From Anaerolineae bacterium (lineage in GTDB: Bacteria; Chloroflexota; Anaerolineae; S016-19), in the NCBI GenBank assembly GCA_027016315.1, contig JALWAP010000107.1:15448-79447 (forward strand): 64,000 nucleotides of DNA, read 5' to 3'. The notes below the pieces were generated by a model, which worked only from the letters and a program-made list of their open reading frames with translations, had not been told where the DNA came from and searched no databases. Numbering within the stretch: position 1 is the first letter of the stretch; each line of letters opens with the position of its first letter. The translations under genes were made by a program, and so were the position numbers. This document shows positions 26,126 to 36,460 of the stretch, one piece after another.

Positions 26126-28513
26126 TTACCTTTCTCGCAGCGTTATCGTCTCTCCATCCGTGACGAACTCGATGTCCCCGTTCCTGTCCGTGTAAAGCGC
26201 CTTCGCGCCTGCCTGGTTGTAGCGCCAGAGCACTTCGGCGTCCGGATAGCCGTAGCTGCGGCTGCGCTTGCCCAGGCTGAAGACCACGTACCGCGGTCGT
26301 ACGGCAAGCACGAATTCCTTCGGGGAACTGCCTTTTCTGCCGCTTTCGGGCGCCAGCAGAACGGCGCACCTCAGGCTGTTTCCCCACTTCTTTGCCAGCC
26401 AGAGTTCGTTTTCTGGCCTGGTGTCCGCGGGTAGGAGAAAGCACGTCTTGCCCCGTGCGACCCTCACAGCGTAGGTCGTCGATCCCTGCCCCAGGGCGTC
26501 GATCACCACGCCATCCCCCAGCAGCAGCCGCGCTCCCGGGAGCATCTTTTCCACCTGTGGCCGATATGGTATGTCCGATTCGATCTTGTTCCACTCGGGG
26601 GCGTCTGCCAGGTCGCCGGAGACGAACACTTGCGGAACGGAGTACCGGCGCAGAAATCCATCCAATCCATAGGAGAACTTCGACCCCAACCCTGAGACGA
26701 TCAGAGCTTCGACCCTGTGATCCCAGAAAGGCATGTGCCTGCCGAGGGCGGTCAGCAAGGCGGTGCTCGAGCCGCCTCCATTGATGAGGATGCGCTTGCC
26801 GTCCGGAGCCTGTACCAGCACCGACTCCCCATCCCCCACGTTCAGGAACACGACGTGGAGCTTCCCATCGGCGGCGTGGGCGTTTGCCTGCCACAGGAGG
26901 ATGTCCAGCAACGCGAGACCAATAACAGCGTGCTCGAGTTTGAGGCTTCCGGCGAGCTTGCTGGCGATCTCTTTCGCTTTCCCGGGGTAGATCGCGGCAG
27001 CCCCGACGAGCGCGTAGTATCCAACGAGCCATCCTGCTCCGAACCCGGGGACCTGCACCGACGCAAGCGGCATTCTCGAAAAGAAACGGACGAACCAGAC
27101 GGTGTAGTGAAGGAAAAGCCACGGGATCGCCGCGAGCACCTGTCCAATCGAATGGGAGATCGCTGCACCGGCGAGCATCGCTCCCCCGCCGATCATCACG
27201 TAAGGTTGCACCGGCAGGATGAAGAAATTGGTCGGGAGTGAGACCAGAGAGATCCGGTGGAACGAATGGGCAATGAGGGGTACCGTGAGTATCTGGGCGG
27301 AAAAGGTCACGATGAGGGCGTCGTTCAGGAAGGAAATCGCCTTTTCCGCGACGGAGGGCGACATCATGGTGCGCACTTTGGCCGCTGCCCATTTTTCGAT
27401 CGGAGCGCTGAAGAGCACCAGGCTCAACGTGGCCGCAAACGATAGCTGAAATCCCAAGTCCCACAGCATCAGCGGGTTGATGGCTGTCATGAGCATGGCC
27501 GAGAAGAACAGGGAGATGGCAGCCGTGCTTTGCCTGCCCAGCGAGATTGCCAGGACGTAGATCATTCCCATGAAAGCAGCCCTCACCACGGGTGGGTTCG
27601 CTCCAACGAAGAGAGTGTACACAGCGATTCCAACGACAGCCGCCACAGCCCCCGCCCGCTCTCCCATGACCCGCCCGAAGAGAAGCATCAACAGCCCGGC
27701 CACGATCGTTATGTTGAACCCCGATATGACGATAATGTGGCTCGTTCCGGTTCTGTTGAATCGGTCGTACAGTTCCTTCGGGATGGTGCTTTCGATGCCG
27801 AGGAGTATCCCATCCAGCAACGACGCCTCTGGCTCCGGCAAAAGGCTTTCGATTTGCGCCCGTGAGGCATCGCGGACGGCGTAGAGCTCCCGCCAGAATG
27901 CAGAGCCGCGGCCTCGGTCGAGGATTCGTACGTTGCCCGGCCTTCGGACGATGGAATTTATCCCTTTGCGTGCCAGATACGCCCGATAGTCGAAATCGCG
28001 GAACACCTTTGGGATTGCGAGCCTGCCCTGGATTTCGACTTCGTCGCCGTACTTCAGAGGCGGTGCGCTGCGATCGGTTATGACGAGCACCTTCCCTCTG
28101 ACTCGCAACCTCTTCCCGCCGGAGGTGAGGATTTCCCTGGCGGTGATCACGTACCGGAACCCGTTCGGTCTTTCCTCAGGATACCCGGATACGAGCCCGG
28201 TGAGCACCACGTTGGAGCCATCGGCGTAGAAACCGACGTCCGCGGGGGTCAAACACGGCGAAGCGGGGTGAAAAGCGTACCTTGCCATCCCAAACAGGCC
28301 GACCCCGAGCAAGAGCGACCAGAGCGCCGCTTTTCCCTTTTCCAGCTTTGACGATGCGAATGCAGCAAGCAGGAGGATCGCAGCTACGATGGCAAAAGCA
28401 ATCGGCCGTGGGCGGTTGCATCCGATGAGGTGCGCTTTCCACAACCGATCGGCGAGCTCTATGCCCGCCAGCCAGGCTGTGGATATGTACAGCAGGAGGT
28501 ACCCTGATCGCAT
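26126..28513 (-). CDS. comEC: DNA internalization competence protein ComEC/Rec2 with C-terminal metallo-beta-lactamase domain
   Basis: 795 aa with a polytopic competence domain (TGTSHIIVISGFNI) and a C-terminal MBL-like part (VVFLNVGDGESVLVQAPDGKRILINGGG). Confidence 0.9.
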   Translation of the reverse strand: MRSGYLLLYISTAWLAGIELADRLWKAHLIGCNRPRPIAFAIVAAILLLAAFASSKLEKGKAALWSLLLGVGLFGMARYAFHPASPCLTPADVGFYADGSNVVLTGLVSGYPEERPNGFRYVITAREILTSGGKRLRVRGKVLVITDRSAPPLKYGDEVEIQGRLAIPKVFRDFDYRAYLARKGINSIVRRPGNVRILDRGRGSAFWRELYAVRDASRAQIESLLPEPEASLLDGILLGIESTIPKELYDRFNRTGTSHIIVISGFNITIVAGLLMLLFGRVMGERAGAVAAVVGIAVYTLFVGANPPVVRAAFMGMIYVLAISLGRQSTAAISLFFSAMLMTAINPLMLWDLGFQLSFAATLSLVLFSAPIEKWAAAKVRTMMSPSVAEKAISFLNDALIVTFSAQILTVPLIAHSFHRISLVSLPTNFFILPVQPYVMIGGGAMLAGAAISHSIGQVLAAIPWLFLHYTVWFVRFFSRMPLASVQVPGFGAGWLVGYYALVGAAAIYPGKAKEIASKLAGSLKLEHAVIGLALLDILLWQANAHAADGKLHVVFLNVGDGESVLVQAPDGKRILINGGGSSTALLTALGRHMPFWDHRVEALIVSGLGSKFSYGLDGFLRRYSVPQVFVSGDLADAPEWNKIESDIPYRPQVEKMLPGARLLLGDGVVIDALGQGSTTYAVRVARGKTCFLLPADTRPENELWLAKKWGNSLRCAVLLAPESGRKGSSPKEFVLAVRPRYVVFSLGKRSRSYGYPDAEVLWRYNQAGAKALYTDRNGDIEFVTDGETITLRER

Positions 28514-28690
28514 CGGGGCGATTTCCTTCCGAACGAAAACGGACTTTTCGGTGCAGGGCGACGATGAAAAAGCTCAAGACGCAAGCACGGTTGTGCTGGC
28601 TCGATTGCACAGAGGGCTACGACGGAGGCAGGATTGACGGGGAAAGTGAGTCTGGGCGGAGCAAGCCCCGCCCAGACGGTCGGATCGAGA

Positions 28691-29398
28691 TCACCCCTGC
28701 GTGAGTTCGGCGGGGGCGGAGTTGATCTTTTCGAAATATTCTTTCCCGATCTGCCCGTACAGATGGGCTTCGACCATGGTAAGCCAAAATAGCGCCGGGA
28801 ATATGCCGATCAGGCACAATATCAACCCGGCGATGCTTGCCGCCAGGGCTGCCACCCAGATGATCACCGCGGCAATTACGATGTTCACCACTTCTTTCTG
28901 CACGAAGTCGAAAATGAAAGACAGGTCGAACCCCGCGGATACCTCGCCAACTTTGGCGAAATTCACCAGCACGGCAGGGGTTATGAACATCAGCACCACT
29001 CCCCAGGCCAGGTTGAGGAGACTGAACACCAGAACGAATAGCGTGCCCAAAGCCGCTGTTGCAGAATGCCCATTGGCCATGAAGTGCCCGATTTCTTCGA
29101 AGATGAGGAAAATGATGGAAGGTATCGACCAGACCAACTCGATTATGAAGAATTTCAACCCCTCGGAGAACAGTTTACCCCACTCGTCCCACTGAGGCAT
29201 TGGAGTTTCCTTGCCTTCCATCACGTTTCTGACCACTTCGACGACGTACCCGCCCAGCACGAAAAGCAGGGCGAAACCCACGATGATCGGCAGCGTCAGT
29301 ATCCCAAGCAGCACCAGGATCGCGCCGATGAGTATCTTGACCAACCATTCGGGGTCTTCGAACTGAAATGTCAACGACTTGACTATGTCCATCGCCAT
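28691..29398 (-). CDS. DUF4013-like integral membrane protein
   Basis: 235 aa. An N-terminal FQFEDPEWLVKILIGAIL motif is followed by about 6 hydrophobic helices. Family assignment is from memory. Confidence 0.65.
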   Translation of the reverse strand: MAMDIVKSLTFQFEDPEWLVKILIGAILVLLGILTLPIIVGFALLFVLGGYVVEVVRNVMEGKETPMPQWDEWGKLFSEGLKFFIIELVWSIPSIIFLIFEEIGHFMANGHSATAALGTLFVLVFSLLNLAWGVVLMFITPAVLVNFAKVGEVSAGFDLSFIFDFVQKEVVNIVIAAVIIWVAALAASIAGLILCLIGIFPALFWLTMVEAHLYGQIGKEYFEKINSAPAELTQG

Positions 29399-29538
29399 GA
29401 CCTCCTTTCCATATTTTGAAGATCGATCGATTACTATTATACATCAATTTCCAACCCGGCACAACGAAGAACAATAAACGAACGTGGTACTAAAACCAGC
29501 AAATAGTCAGAGGTAAAATTAGAGACGAAGTCATTCCC

Positions 29539-30144
29539 CTATTTGTGAAACACCCGAAATATCTTTTCAGGCGAAATCGGCCCGCTGCGCAAGATCGAAG
29601 GTTCGTCGCCGGAGAGATCGACGATGGTGGATGGCGTGCCGCCTGGGCACCTGCCGCCGTCCAGAACCAGGTCTATCCTTTCGCATAGCTGGGATACGAC
29701 GCCCTCTGCCGTCAACGGAGGGGCAGCGCCGGAAATGTTCGCGCTGGTGACGGCCATCGGCCCTGCCAGGCGCAGCAACTCGAGCGCCACTTCGTGATCC
29801 GGAACCCTGACGGCGACGGTCTCCTGACCTGCCGTCACCTCGGGCGGGACAGCAGGCGATTTTCTGAGCACTATCGTGAGAGGCCCCGGCCAGAAGCGCT
29901 CTGAAAGCCGCAGTGCTTCCGGCGGGACATCGACGGCAACCGAAGGGAGTTCGGACGCATGTGCGATCAAAACCGGTATCGCTTTGTCCCTCGGGCGGGA
30001 CTTTGCCCGGTAGAGCCTCAACACAGCGTCCACCAGCCGGATCGACGCTCCTACCCCGTATACCGTATCCGTCGGGAACGCCACCAGCTTTCCTTTTGCC
30101 ACGGCCTCCGCAGCCAGCTTTATGGCGTTGTCGGAAGATTTCAT
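29539..30144 (-). CDS. tsaC: L-threonylcarbamoyladenylate synthase (YrdC/TsaC type)
   Basis: It shows KGKLVAFPTDTVYGVGA and SANISG motifs. ATG 30144 abuts the stop of the upstream HAD gene (TGATG); the track start is 30156. Confidence 0.85.
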   Translation of the reverse strand: MKSSDNAIKLAAEAVAKGKLVAFPTDTVYGVGASIRLVDAVLRLYRAKSRPRDKAIPVLIAHASELPSVAVDVPPEALRLSERFWPGPLTIVLRKSPAVPPEVTAGQETVAVRVPDHEVALELLRLAGPMAVTSANISGAAPPLTAEGVVSQLCERIDLVLDGGRCPGGTPSTIVDLSGDEPSILRSGPISPEKIFRVFHK

Positions 30145-30956
30145 CACGTCACACACGATAGCCCGCCGTACTTCCTCAAGACCTCAACCACGCCGTCCTC
30201 GTCCACCGATGGAGCGACCCAGTCGGCGATGCGCTTCAGGTTTGGGGATGCGTTACCCATGGCGACCCCAACTCCAGCCCATTGAACCATTTCCAGATCG
30301 TTCTCGTTGTCGCCTATGGCCACCACGTCGTCTCGCTTTACGCCAAGGTAATCGGCGAGGAATTCCAGGGCAGACCCTTTGGAAACTTCCCTGGAAACGA
30401 GTTCGATGAACAGGTTGTGAGATTTGACGACCCGAACTTTGCTCCCGAACCGCTTCTCCGCCATTGCTCTCACCGAATCGTTCTTCTCCGGAGACGTGGT
30501 GATGATGAATTTGATCACCCTGTCCCCTACGGCCGACTCCAGGTCGTCCACTATCTCCACAGGGAGGCCGAACCAACGCCGGTAGAACTCCATCCCCTGG
30601 CGGATCCGCCTCGTCAGGACTTTGCCTGCCTGATACATCGTTATGTCGATGTCGTGCTCCGAAGCCCACTTGGCTATCTCCCTGGCCGTTGCAACCGGCA
30701 GCGTTCTCATCATGAGGGGATGACCTCCTGGAGCTTCGACCATTGCGCCCTGATAGCATATAACTGGCTCCGAAACCCCTAGTCTCCGGGCAAAAAGTTG
30801 AGTCGGGGGACAGCCCCTGCCGCTTGCCAGAGTGATCCTGTGACCGCATCCCTTTGCTGCGCGCAGGGCACACTCCACCCTTGGGGAAAGGATTGTGTGT
30901 TCGTTGAGTATCGTTCCATCGAGGTCGAAGACGAAGAGCTTCGAATCGTTATGCAT
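30144..30956 (-). CDS. Cof-type HAD-IIB family phosphatase
   Basis: Motif I is FVFDLDGTIL, with ASGR, and the C-terminal motif is VVAIGDNENDLEM. Confidence 0.85.
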   Translation of the reverse strand: MHNDSKLFVFDLDGTILNEHTILSPRVECALRAAKGCGHRITLASGRGCPPTQLFARRLGVSEPVICYQGAMVEAPGGHPLMMRTLPVATAREIAKWASEHDIDITMYQAGKVLTRRIRQGMEFYRRWFGLPVEIVDDLESAVGDRVIKFIITTSPEKNDSVRAMAEKRFGSKVRVVKSHNLFIELVSREVSKGSALEFLADYLGVKRDDVVAIGDNENDLEMVQWAGVGVAMGNASPNLKRIADWVAPSVDEDGVVEVLRKYGGLSCVT

Positions 30957-31899
30957 GGTTCTTCTTTTTCACCGATGCTTTGATCTTTGGCAGGAGTAGC
31001 TTACCTCGGGCCATCGCCTGCTTGTAAAGCCCCCGCATCTCTTTCTTGGAAAGCTTTCTGCCGGTTGCGTACCACTGATACACTGCCATGCCGGTGGCGT
31101 ATGTTCCGGCGTATGCGACCAGCACCTGCGGCACGACGCCCCAACCCGGGATCAGGCCAATGAGCTGCCTGGCGGCCTGTCTCCACAGGAATCCACTGCC
31201 GACCACCGAAAGGAGCTCCGGCAGCACGTCCTCTGCGCTCCCCTCCTCGCCCATCCCAAGAGCGATCCTGTAGGCCATTATGGCCTGGTTTTTGGTCAGG
31301 ATCAGCATGTCGGCCATGTCCACGGAGATATTCAGCACAGGTACCATCTCCCCGATGCCCGACATGAGGATGTAAGTGGCGTTTTGCCAGGATACGTCCT
31401 CCACCAGCTTCTTCAGAAGGTGGGAGCGCAACGCGGGGAAGGCCCTGGCCAGGGCGGTTTGCCTCGAGGGAATAGACTTCACCAGCAACTCTGAAAGCCT
31501 TCGGAAGAACTCCTCTTTGCTGTCTTCGTTCCAAACCACAGATGCGGGACGCGGAGGTATTTCCGGCTTGGTCAGGACTTCTATCACCACATAGCCCCTG
31601 CGTCGAAGGTCGGAAACCTCACTGTTGCCGGAAACGTACAGAATGGCGTCTGCACGTTTAGCAGCGTCCTCACAGAACCGATCGCAAGGGGATGGATACG
31701 CCACCACCGTCCTGCCGGGAAGGGCGGTTCCAGCACGCGGGCCCTGGAACAGAGCGGTCAGTAAGTCCTTCCGCATTTCCTCCGAGCCGCCCACGAGCAA
31801 GAGCAGCGGAGGAATATTGGATTCTTCGCGAATTGCCGCGAAGTTGACCTCCTTCAATGTCCCCCACAAAGATTTCATCACCGATACGCTCATCCCCAT
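30949..31899 (-). CDS. Hypothetical protein; degenerate GTPase-like N-terminus and DUF697-like C-terminal half
   Basis: 316 aa. The C-terminal part ..VDMADMLILTKNQAIMAYRIALGMG..LIGLIPGWGVVPQVLVAYAGTYATG resembles DUF697/YcjF-type domains, from memory. No intact Walker A motif is present. Confidence 0.55.
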   Translation of the reverse strand: MGMSVSVMKSLWGTLKEVNFAAIREESNIPPLLLLVGGSEEMRKDLLTALFQGPRAGTALPGRTVVAYPSPCDRFCEDAAKRADAILYVSGNSEVSDLRRRGYVVIEVLTKPEIPPRPASVVWNEDSKEEFFRRLSELLVKSIPSRQTALARAFPALRSHLLKKLVEDVSWQNATYILMSGIGEMVPVLNISVDMADMLILTKNQAIMAYRIALGMGEEGSAEDVLPELLSVVGSGFLWRQAARQLIGLIPGWGVVPQVLVAYAGTYATGMAVYQWYATGRKLSKKEMRGLYKQAMARGKLLLPKIKASVKKKNHA

Positions 31900-31906
31900 T
31901 CTTGAT

Positions 31907-33121
31907 CTACCCTTCTTTCCGGATCTTTTCCCAGTTCAGCTTGACCTGCTTCATCTCTCCTGCCCACTTCTTTGAAGCCAGTTCAATCTGCGCTATGATA
32001 GTGGCCTGTGCATCTCTCAAGACTTGCATCAAATCCATGTGTACCTGTAATTCCTTTTCGAACGACCTGAGTGCTTCTCTGAGTTCCTGATTGACCTTGT
32101 CCTGAGAGTTCCATTGGCTCTCAAGGGTTACCAACTGTTTGTGCCACATGCGGTCGTTCTCGTCCTTGAATTCCGCCAATTCTTTTCGCTGGCGTTCCTC
32201 GGCTATGCGCTGCAACTCCGATACCTGATTGATCCCCCGCCGCATTTCTTCTTTGAATTCCTCCAGAGTGTCTACAACCTTAAGCATCTCACGGTGAGAT
32301 ACGGCAAATTCTTCCATCTGTTCCCGGAATTTTCCGAGTTTTGTTTCTATCTCATTCCACTCCTTCTCCCACTCGGAAATCTTCTTGTCGCGAGCAGTCT
32401 CCCGGAGATTCACCCTCTCAATGAATTCTTTGTGGTCTTTGTTGATTCTTTCTACGGCGAGTTTTAGTTCCTCAGAGGTCTTCTGTTGTCTTTCGATCTG
32501 TTCGCTCAGCAACGGATACCTTGATTTCAGCTCGCCGAGGGCTTTTTGGAACGCAATGATTTCACCCTGAGTTTTGGAAATCCTTTTGTGATCCTGTTCG
32601 ATCCTCTCAGATAAGAACGTAAGAGGACGAACCTTCTCCTCGACTTCTGACCTTATGCTTTCGAATTGATGCTTCAGTTCGATGATGATATCGTTGAGGC
32701 GGCCTTCTTCTGCCTCCCTAGTTTTCATCCATTCCTTAAGCCCTATCGAATGGAATGCATTTATGTCTTTCCGCATCAATGCAACTTGCTGGGAAAGCCT
32801 CTCCAAGTCCCCCCTGTACAGCCTTTCAGATTCGTGGACTTCCTCCAGCAGGTCTTCTCGGTAATCCTTCAAAGTGAGCCCAAGCTCGCTTTTCAGCTGA
32901 TCCAAAGATTCTTCGATTTGCTTCAGTTTGGAAAGCTGACCCTGAACACTCGAAAGCTCGAATTCCAGCTGCTGTACCCTCGCGGTCTGTTCCTCGAGCT
33001 CGCCCATGAGTCCGGCCACCTGCTGCATCAGCCGTGCTCTTTCCTCTTTGTCCTTTTTTCTTTCCTCATCGAGCCACTTGACCATCTGGCTTATCTGGGT
33101 AATGTCCAGTTCCTTGGGCAT
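31907..33121 (-). CDS. Hypothetical long coiled-coil protein (404 aa, E/K/L/Q-rich)
   Basis: The sequence is heptad-like throughout (..LEEQTARVQQLEFELSSVQGQLSKLKQIEESLDQLK..). It ends 7 nt before the next gene starts. Confidence 0.6.
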   Translation of the reverse strand: MPKELDITQISQMVKWLDEERKKDKEERARLMQQVAGLMGELEEQTARVQQLEFELSSVQGQLSKLKQIEESLDQLKSELGLTLKDYREDLLEEVHESERLYRGDLERLSQQVALMRKDINAFHSIGLKEWMKTREAEEGRLNDIIIELKHQFESIRSEVEEKVRPLTFLSERIEQDHKRISKTQGEIIAFQKALGELKSRYPLLSEQIERQQKTSEELKLAVERINKDHKEFIERVNLRETARDKKISEWEKEWNEIETKLGKFREQMEEFAVSHREMLKVVDTLEEFKEEMRRGINQVSELQRIAEERQRKELAEFKDENDRMWHKQLVTLESQWNSQDKVNQELREALRSFEKELQVHMDLMQVLRDAQATIIAQIELASKKWAGEMKQVKLNWEKIRKEG

Positions 33122-33326
33122 TTTGCTTTCCTCCGTATTGGTCTACGCGAAATTATATCACCGCGATTCCGATAAAAGCAATCCCGCACGATTATGAACT
33201 CTAACGAATAATAAATAATACAAAGCGCCCGAGAGGAAATCTGAAAGGGAAAACATGGCAGAGCCGCCCGGCCTGCCCTGTGAAATTCAAATGCTTTTGC
33301 CTTGCTTCATACCACCGGCGATCTTT

Positions 33327-33632
33327 TCAAGGCAAAGGCTCCCCGGCATCCATCCTAGCCTTGAGTCTTTGGAATATATCTTCTTCCGAACCAGAAATCC
33401 TCGCGACGACGGCACCCGTATCAGAGATAGCCTGCTCTTCCTCCTCCGATACGAACTCCGTTCCACCGATTATCGTGACTTTTTCTGCCTGTTTCGCGTC
33501 CTCGACAGAAAATCCAAATGCTGTACCGAACCGCATCAGGTAATCGACGGTCAGAAGGAAGTTGGTCAGCGTTCCGACAACCCCTCTTTCGCCGAACAGG
33601 ACGTATCTTTCAACGAATTTTTCCCTGGACAT
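33327..33632 (-). CDS. Hypothetical small protein (101 aa)
   Basis: A strong RBS (AAGGAGGTGGTATG) lies 10 nt after the stop of the 904-aa gene. I recognise no motif. Confidence 0.5.
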   Translation of the reverse strand: MSREKFVERYVLFGERGVVGTLTNFLLTVDYLMRFGTAFGFSVEDAKQAEKVTIIGGTEFVSEEEEQAISDTGAVVARISGSEEDIFQRLKARMDAGEPLP

Positions 33633-33642
33633 ACCACCTCCT

Positions 33643-36357
33643 TCAGCCTTTCAGCCTCTGGGCTACGAACTCCTCCAGGCTCCGGAGGGAAGCAGGAAGT
33701 GCCTCCACTTTACATCCGTCCCTCCGCAACGATTCCGCCACGTCTTCCCCAACACCAGCGAGGAACACATTCATGGCGTGTCTTGCTTCATCGGCAGAAA
33801 ATCCCGCCGTCCCATGGAGCTTCTGCATGTACGGCCTCAACAGCAGGATCCTTTCCCTGAGGAATCTGTCATCCCGGGCCAAAAGGAAGTAGTACTCGAT
33901 GACTTTCTTCGGAGGAGGAACTTCCAATACTATCTCCGGCACGGTTACCGTGTCGGTGCCTGTGGTCTCTATGCCGGTTACCTCTTCCCCACCAACGGAT
34001 ATGGTGTACTCTCCCCGAGGGAGACCCTCGAACTTGTATTTGCCGTCCTCCGATAGAGCAGCCTCCCTGGTCCAGGAGTAAGTCTCGCTCTTCAGCAACA
34101 CTGTCTGCCCCTGAAAACCATTCTTCACCGAGCCCTGGATCACACTTTGCAATGGGAAGAGAATGGTCTTTTGGTTCCTGCCGGTGAGTTCTATGGAATC
34201 TTCGATCACTCCAATTCCCTCGAGCTCAAGCCGGTACGTGCCCGCGGCGAGGTCGGAGAACTCGAAGTACCCGCTCCTGGTCAGAGTCGTCGTCCTGACA
34301 GAATTGCCCCTGCGCAGGATGACCTTCTGTCCTTCCCTACCCCCGGGTATCTTCCCGGAAATCTTGCTTGCGTGAGCAGGTGCTATCTTTGGGAGCAACT
34401 GGAAATTGATCTCGTAGCTTACAGGCCGATGTTCCTGGCCTGGGGCGTTAACCGTATCAAGGTGATCCGCCACCTCGCTTTCCCAATCTCCCTGCACCAC
34501 CCGAACGCTGAAAACTCCAGCCGTGTGAAGGAATTCGTAATAACCAGGAGGCTTGGAAACGAAATGCCCGCTCTCGACCACCGGGAACCTCGTTCCCGGA
34601 GCTGCTCCTTCCCAACGCATCTCGAGTTTGATGTCGTTCAGGGGACGCCCGTCTTGGTCAAGCACCTGCCCGAAGAAAAGGCTGCGGTTGCGATTCTCCG
34701 CTGCGGGGAGCAATCGCTTCGTAACCACCCGATACACGAACCCTTGAGGGGTAGGCAGTTCGATATGCACCGAGTAGCTACCATCGCCCGTTATCGATAC
34801 AGCCTCCTCGCGATTCTCAGACTGAACCGTGTATTCGCCCTGGGCTTTGACGGCAAACCGGAACTTTCCGCTGGCGTCGGCTCTGGTGGTAGCCAGTACC
34901 TCACCGTCCTCTGAGATCAAAGACACTTTCACCCCTGGGGCCGGGCTCCCGTCCTCATAGGCGATCGAGCCAATGATGTTAGCGTCCGCCGCTGGGGCAA
35001 GGTCCGTTATCCCCAGGCGAGTGACGTTCTTGGCCCTTACTTCGGTCTCGATTTCCTTTCTCCATTCGATTTTCAGCTTGTATTGCCCGGCAGGGATTCT
35101 CTGAAATTCGAACCTCCCGTTTTCGTCGCTGGAGGTCTCTGCGACCGCTTTGTCGCCCCTAACCAGGGTTAGCCGGAGTTGCAACGGCGTTCCGTTTTTG
35201 TCCTTTACGGTGCCTTCTATGGAGCCAAGAACTTCCTCCACGTTGAGCCTGGCTCTGGTAGGCAGCGCTTTGAGCGCGTCTACGGCTGGAAGGTGTCCGT
35301 TGAGGCCGAACCTTGAATCCCACCAGTGTGTGTACCAGGCCTGGCTTTCCCATCCGGGACCGAAGTAGCCTATTTCGTAATTGGCTATCAGCCAGTGGCA
35401 TAGGCAGAAGAAATTGTCTGGAGCGCCCTCTCCGTGGATAACCTTCGTTCCCTGGAGGTATTCCGCTATATCCTCCACCATTTGCCTGTGGAGCTCTGGG
35501 GTGATGCGAGGATACCTCCGGTCGTCACGCCAACCGACGACAGGCCCCCCTTCAGTTCCAAGAATTGGTATCCTGAACCCCAGTGTCTCGTCCATTATGC
35601 TGTTGACGCCTTCGAACTGAAGGAAACAGTACGGTTCGTCCCTGGCGGTGTGGCCGGGGTTCTTGTCCTTCGCACGCCATCGGTTTATCAAGTCCATGGG
35701 TTGGTTGTCCCACGCCCAGGGCCCAAGGGCATCGTATTCTTCCTGACTTAGCGGCTTCCCGAGCTGATTCACATCGTCATAAGGATAGTCGAGAGGATGG
35801 TTCGAAGTATAATTGTGTATCGCAACCCACGCACCGGACTCGAGGATGTCACGTCTGCCCTTTTGCAGGATGATTTCAAAAGGATTGTCCTCGTCTGTGA
35901 TCACCATCGAAGGGAGTGCGGGGAGCCCCCCGACAGATAAGATGAAATCCGCATCAAAGATGAAATTGTCCACGACCACTTCGACCCAGTTCGGTGGCAT
36001 GTTGTGTCCTTGCCACTCGTCGGGCAGGTTCGGTTCGTTGTTCGTTTCGAAATACCGGACCCCCACGGAGACAAGACGGCGGATGGTATCCATTTCCCGC
36101 CCGTGGATATGTCCCGGGTTAGGTTCAGGTCTGTACAGACGGACGACCGGCATCATCCCTTCTTCGACCAACCTGGTGCATACCTTTAGCGATGACCCTC
36201 CGCCATCGTCGAGCACTTTGACCCATTTGATTTTCATTTCTTTCAGTTCGCGTATCCATCTTTCCAGCGGATCTCCCTCCGGATGGTATACGCTCGCGCT
36301 CCAATGTATGCCTCTCCCGTTGTCCTCAGGGGGTCTGGGGAAATCTTCTATACGCAT
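33643..36357 (-). CDS. Large cytoplasmic protein: clan GH-A-like TIM-barrel N-domain, repeated carboxypeptidase-regulatory-like (Ig/PEGA-type) domains and a C-terminal alpha/beta domain
   Basis: 904 aa with no signal peptide. YFETNNEPN and PILGTEGG resemble the acid/base and nucleophile strands of GH-A enzymes. At least five repeats follow the pattern G.V.D..G.P......L......T.SD.NG.F.F..L..G.Y.L. Confidence 0.7.
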   Translation of the reverse strand: MRIEDFPRPPEDNGRGIHWSASVYHPEGDPLERWIRELKEMKIKWVKVLDDGGGSSLKVCTRLVEEGMMPVVRLYRPEPNPGHIHGREMDTIRRLVSVGVRYFETNNEPNLPDEWQGHNMPPNWVEVVVDNFIFDADFILSVGGLPALPSMVITDEDNPFEIILQKGRRDILESGAWVAIHNYTSNHPLDYPYDDVNQLGKPLSQEEYDALGPWAWDNQPMDLINRWRAKDKNPGHTARDEPYCFLQFEGVNSIMDETLGFRIPILGTEGGPVVGWRDDRRYPRITPELHRQMVEDIAEYLQGTKVIHGEGAPDNFFCLCHWLIANYEIGYFGPGWESQAWYTHWWDSRFGLNGHLPAVDALKALPTRARLNVEEVLGSIEGTVKDKNGTPLQLRLTLVRGDKAVAETSSDENGRFEFQRIPAGQYKLKIEWRKEIETEVRAKNVTRLGITDLAPAADANIIGSIAYEDGSPAPGVKVSLISEDGEVLATTRADASGKFRFAVKAQGEYTVQSENREEAVSITGDGSYSVHIELPTPQGFVYRVVTKRLLPAAENRNRSLFFGQVLDQDGRPLNDIKLEMRWEGAAPGTRFPVVESGHFVSKPPGYYEFLHTAGVFSVRVVQGDWESEVADHLDTVNAPGQEHRPVSYEINFQLLPKIAPAHASKISGKIPGGREGQKVILRRGNSVRTTTLTRSGYFEFSDLAAGTYRLELEGIGVIEDSIELTGRNQKTILFPLQSVIQGSVKNGFQGQTVLLKSETYSWTREAALSEDGKYKFEGLPRGEYTISVGGEEVTGIETTGTDTVTVPEIVLEVPPPKKVIEYYFLLARDDRFLRERILLLRPYMQKLHGTAGFSADEARHAMNVFLAGVGEDVAESLRRDGCKVEALPASLRSLEEFVAQRLKG

Positions 36358-36460
36358 GTGGTATCCTCCCTGATAAGCGCTCGCTTGCAGAATCTTCCCC
36401 GAATTATACCACAGAACCCACGAGACGCCTCCTGCGCCGTAGGTGTTGTTCGTGACCGGC

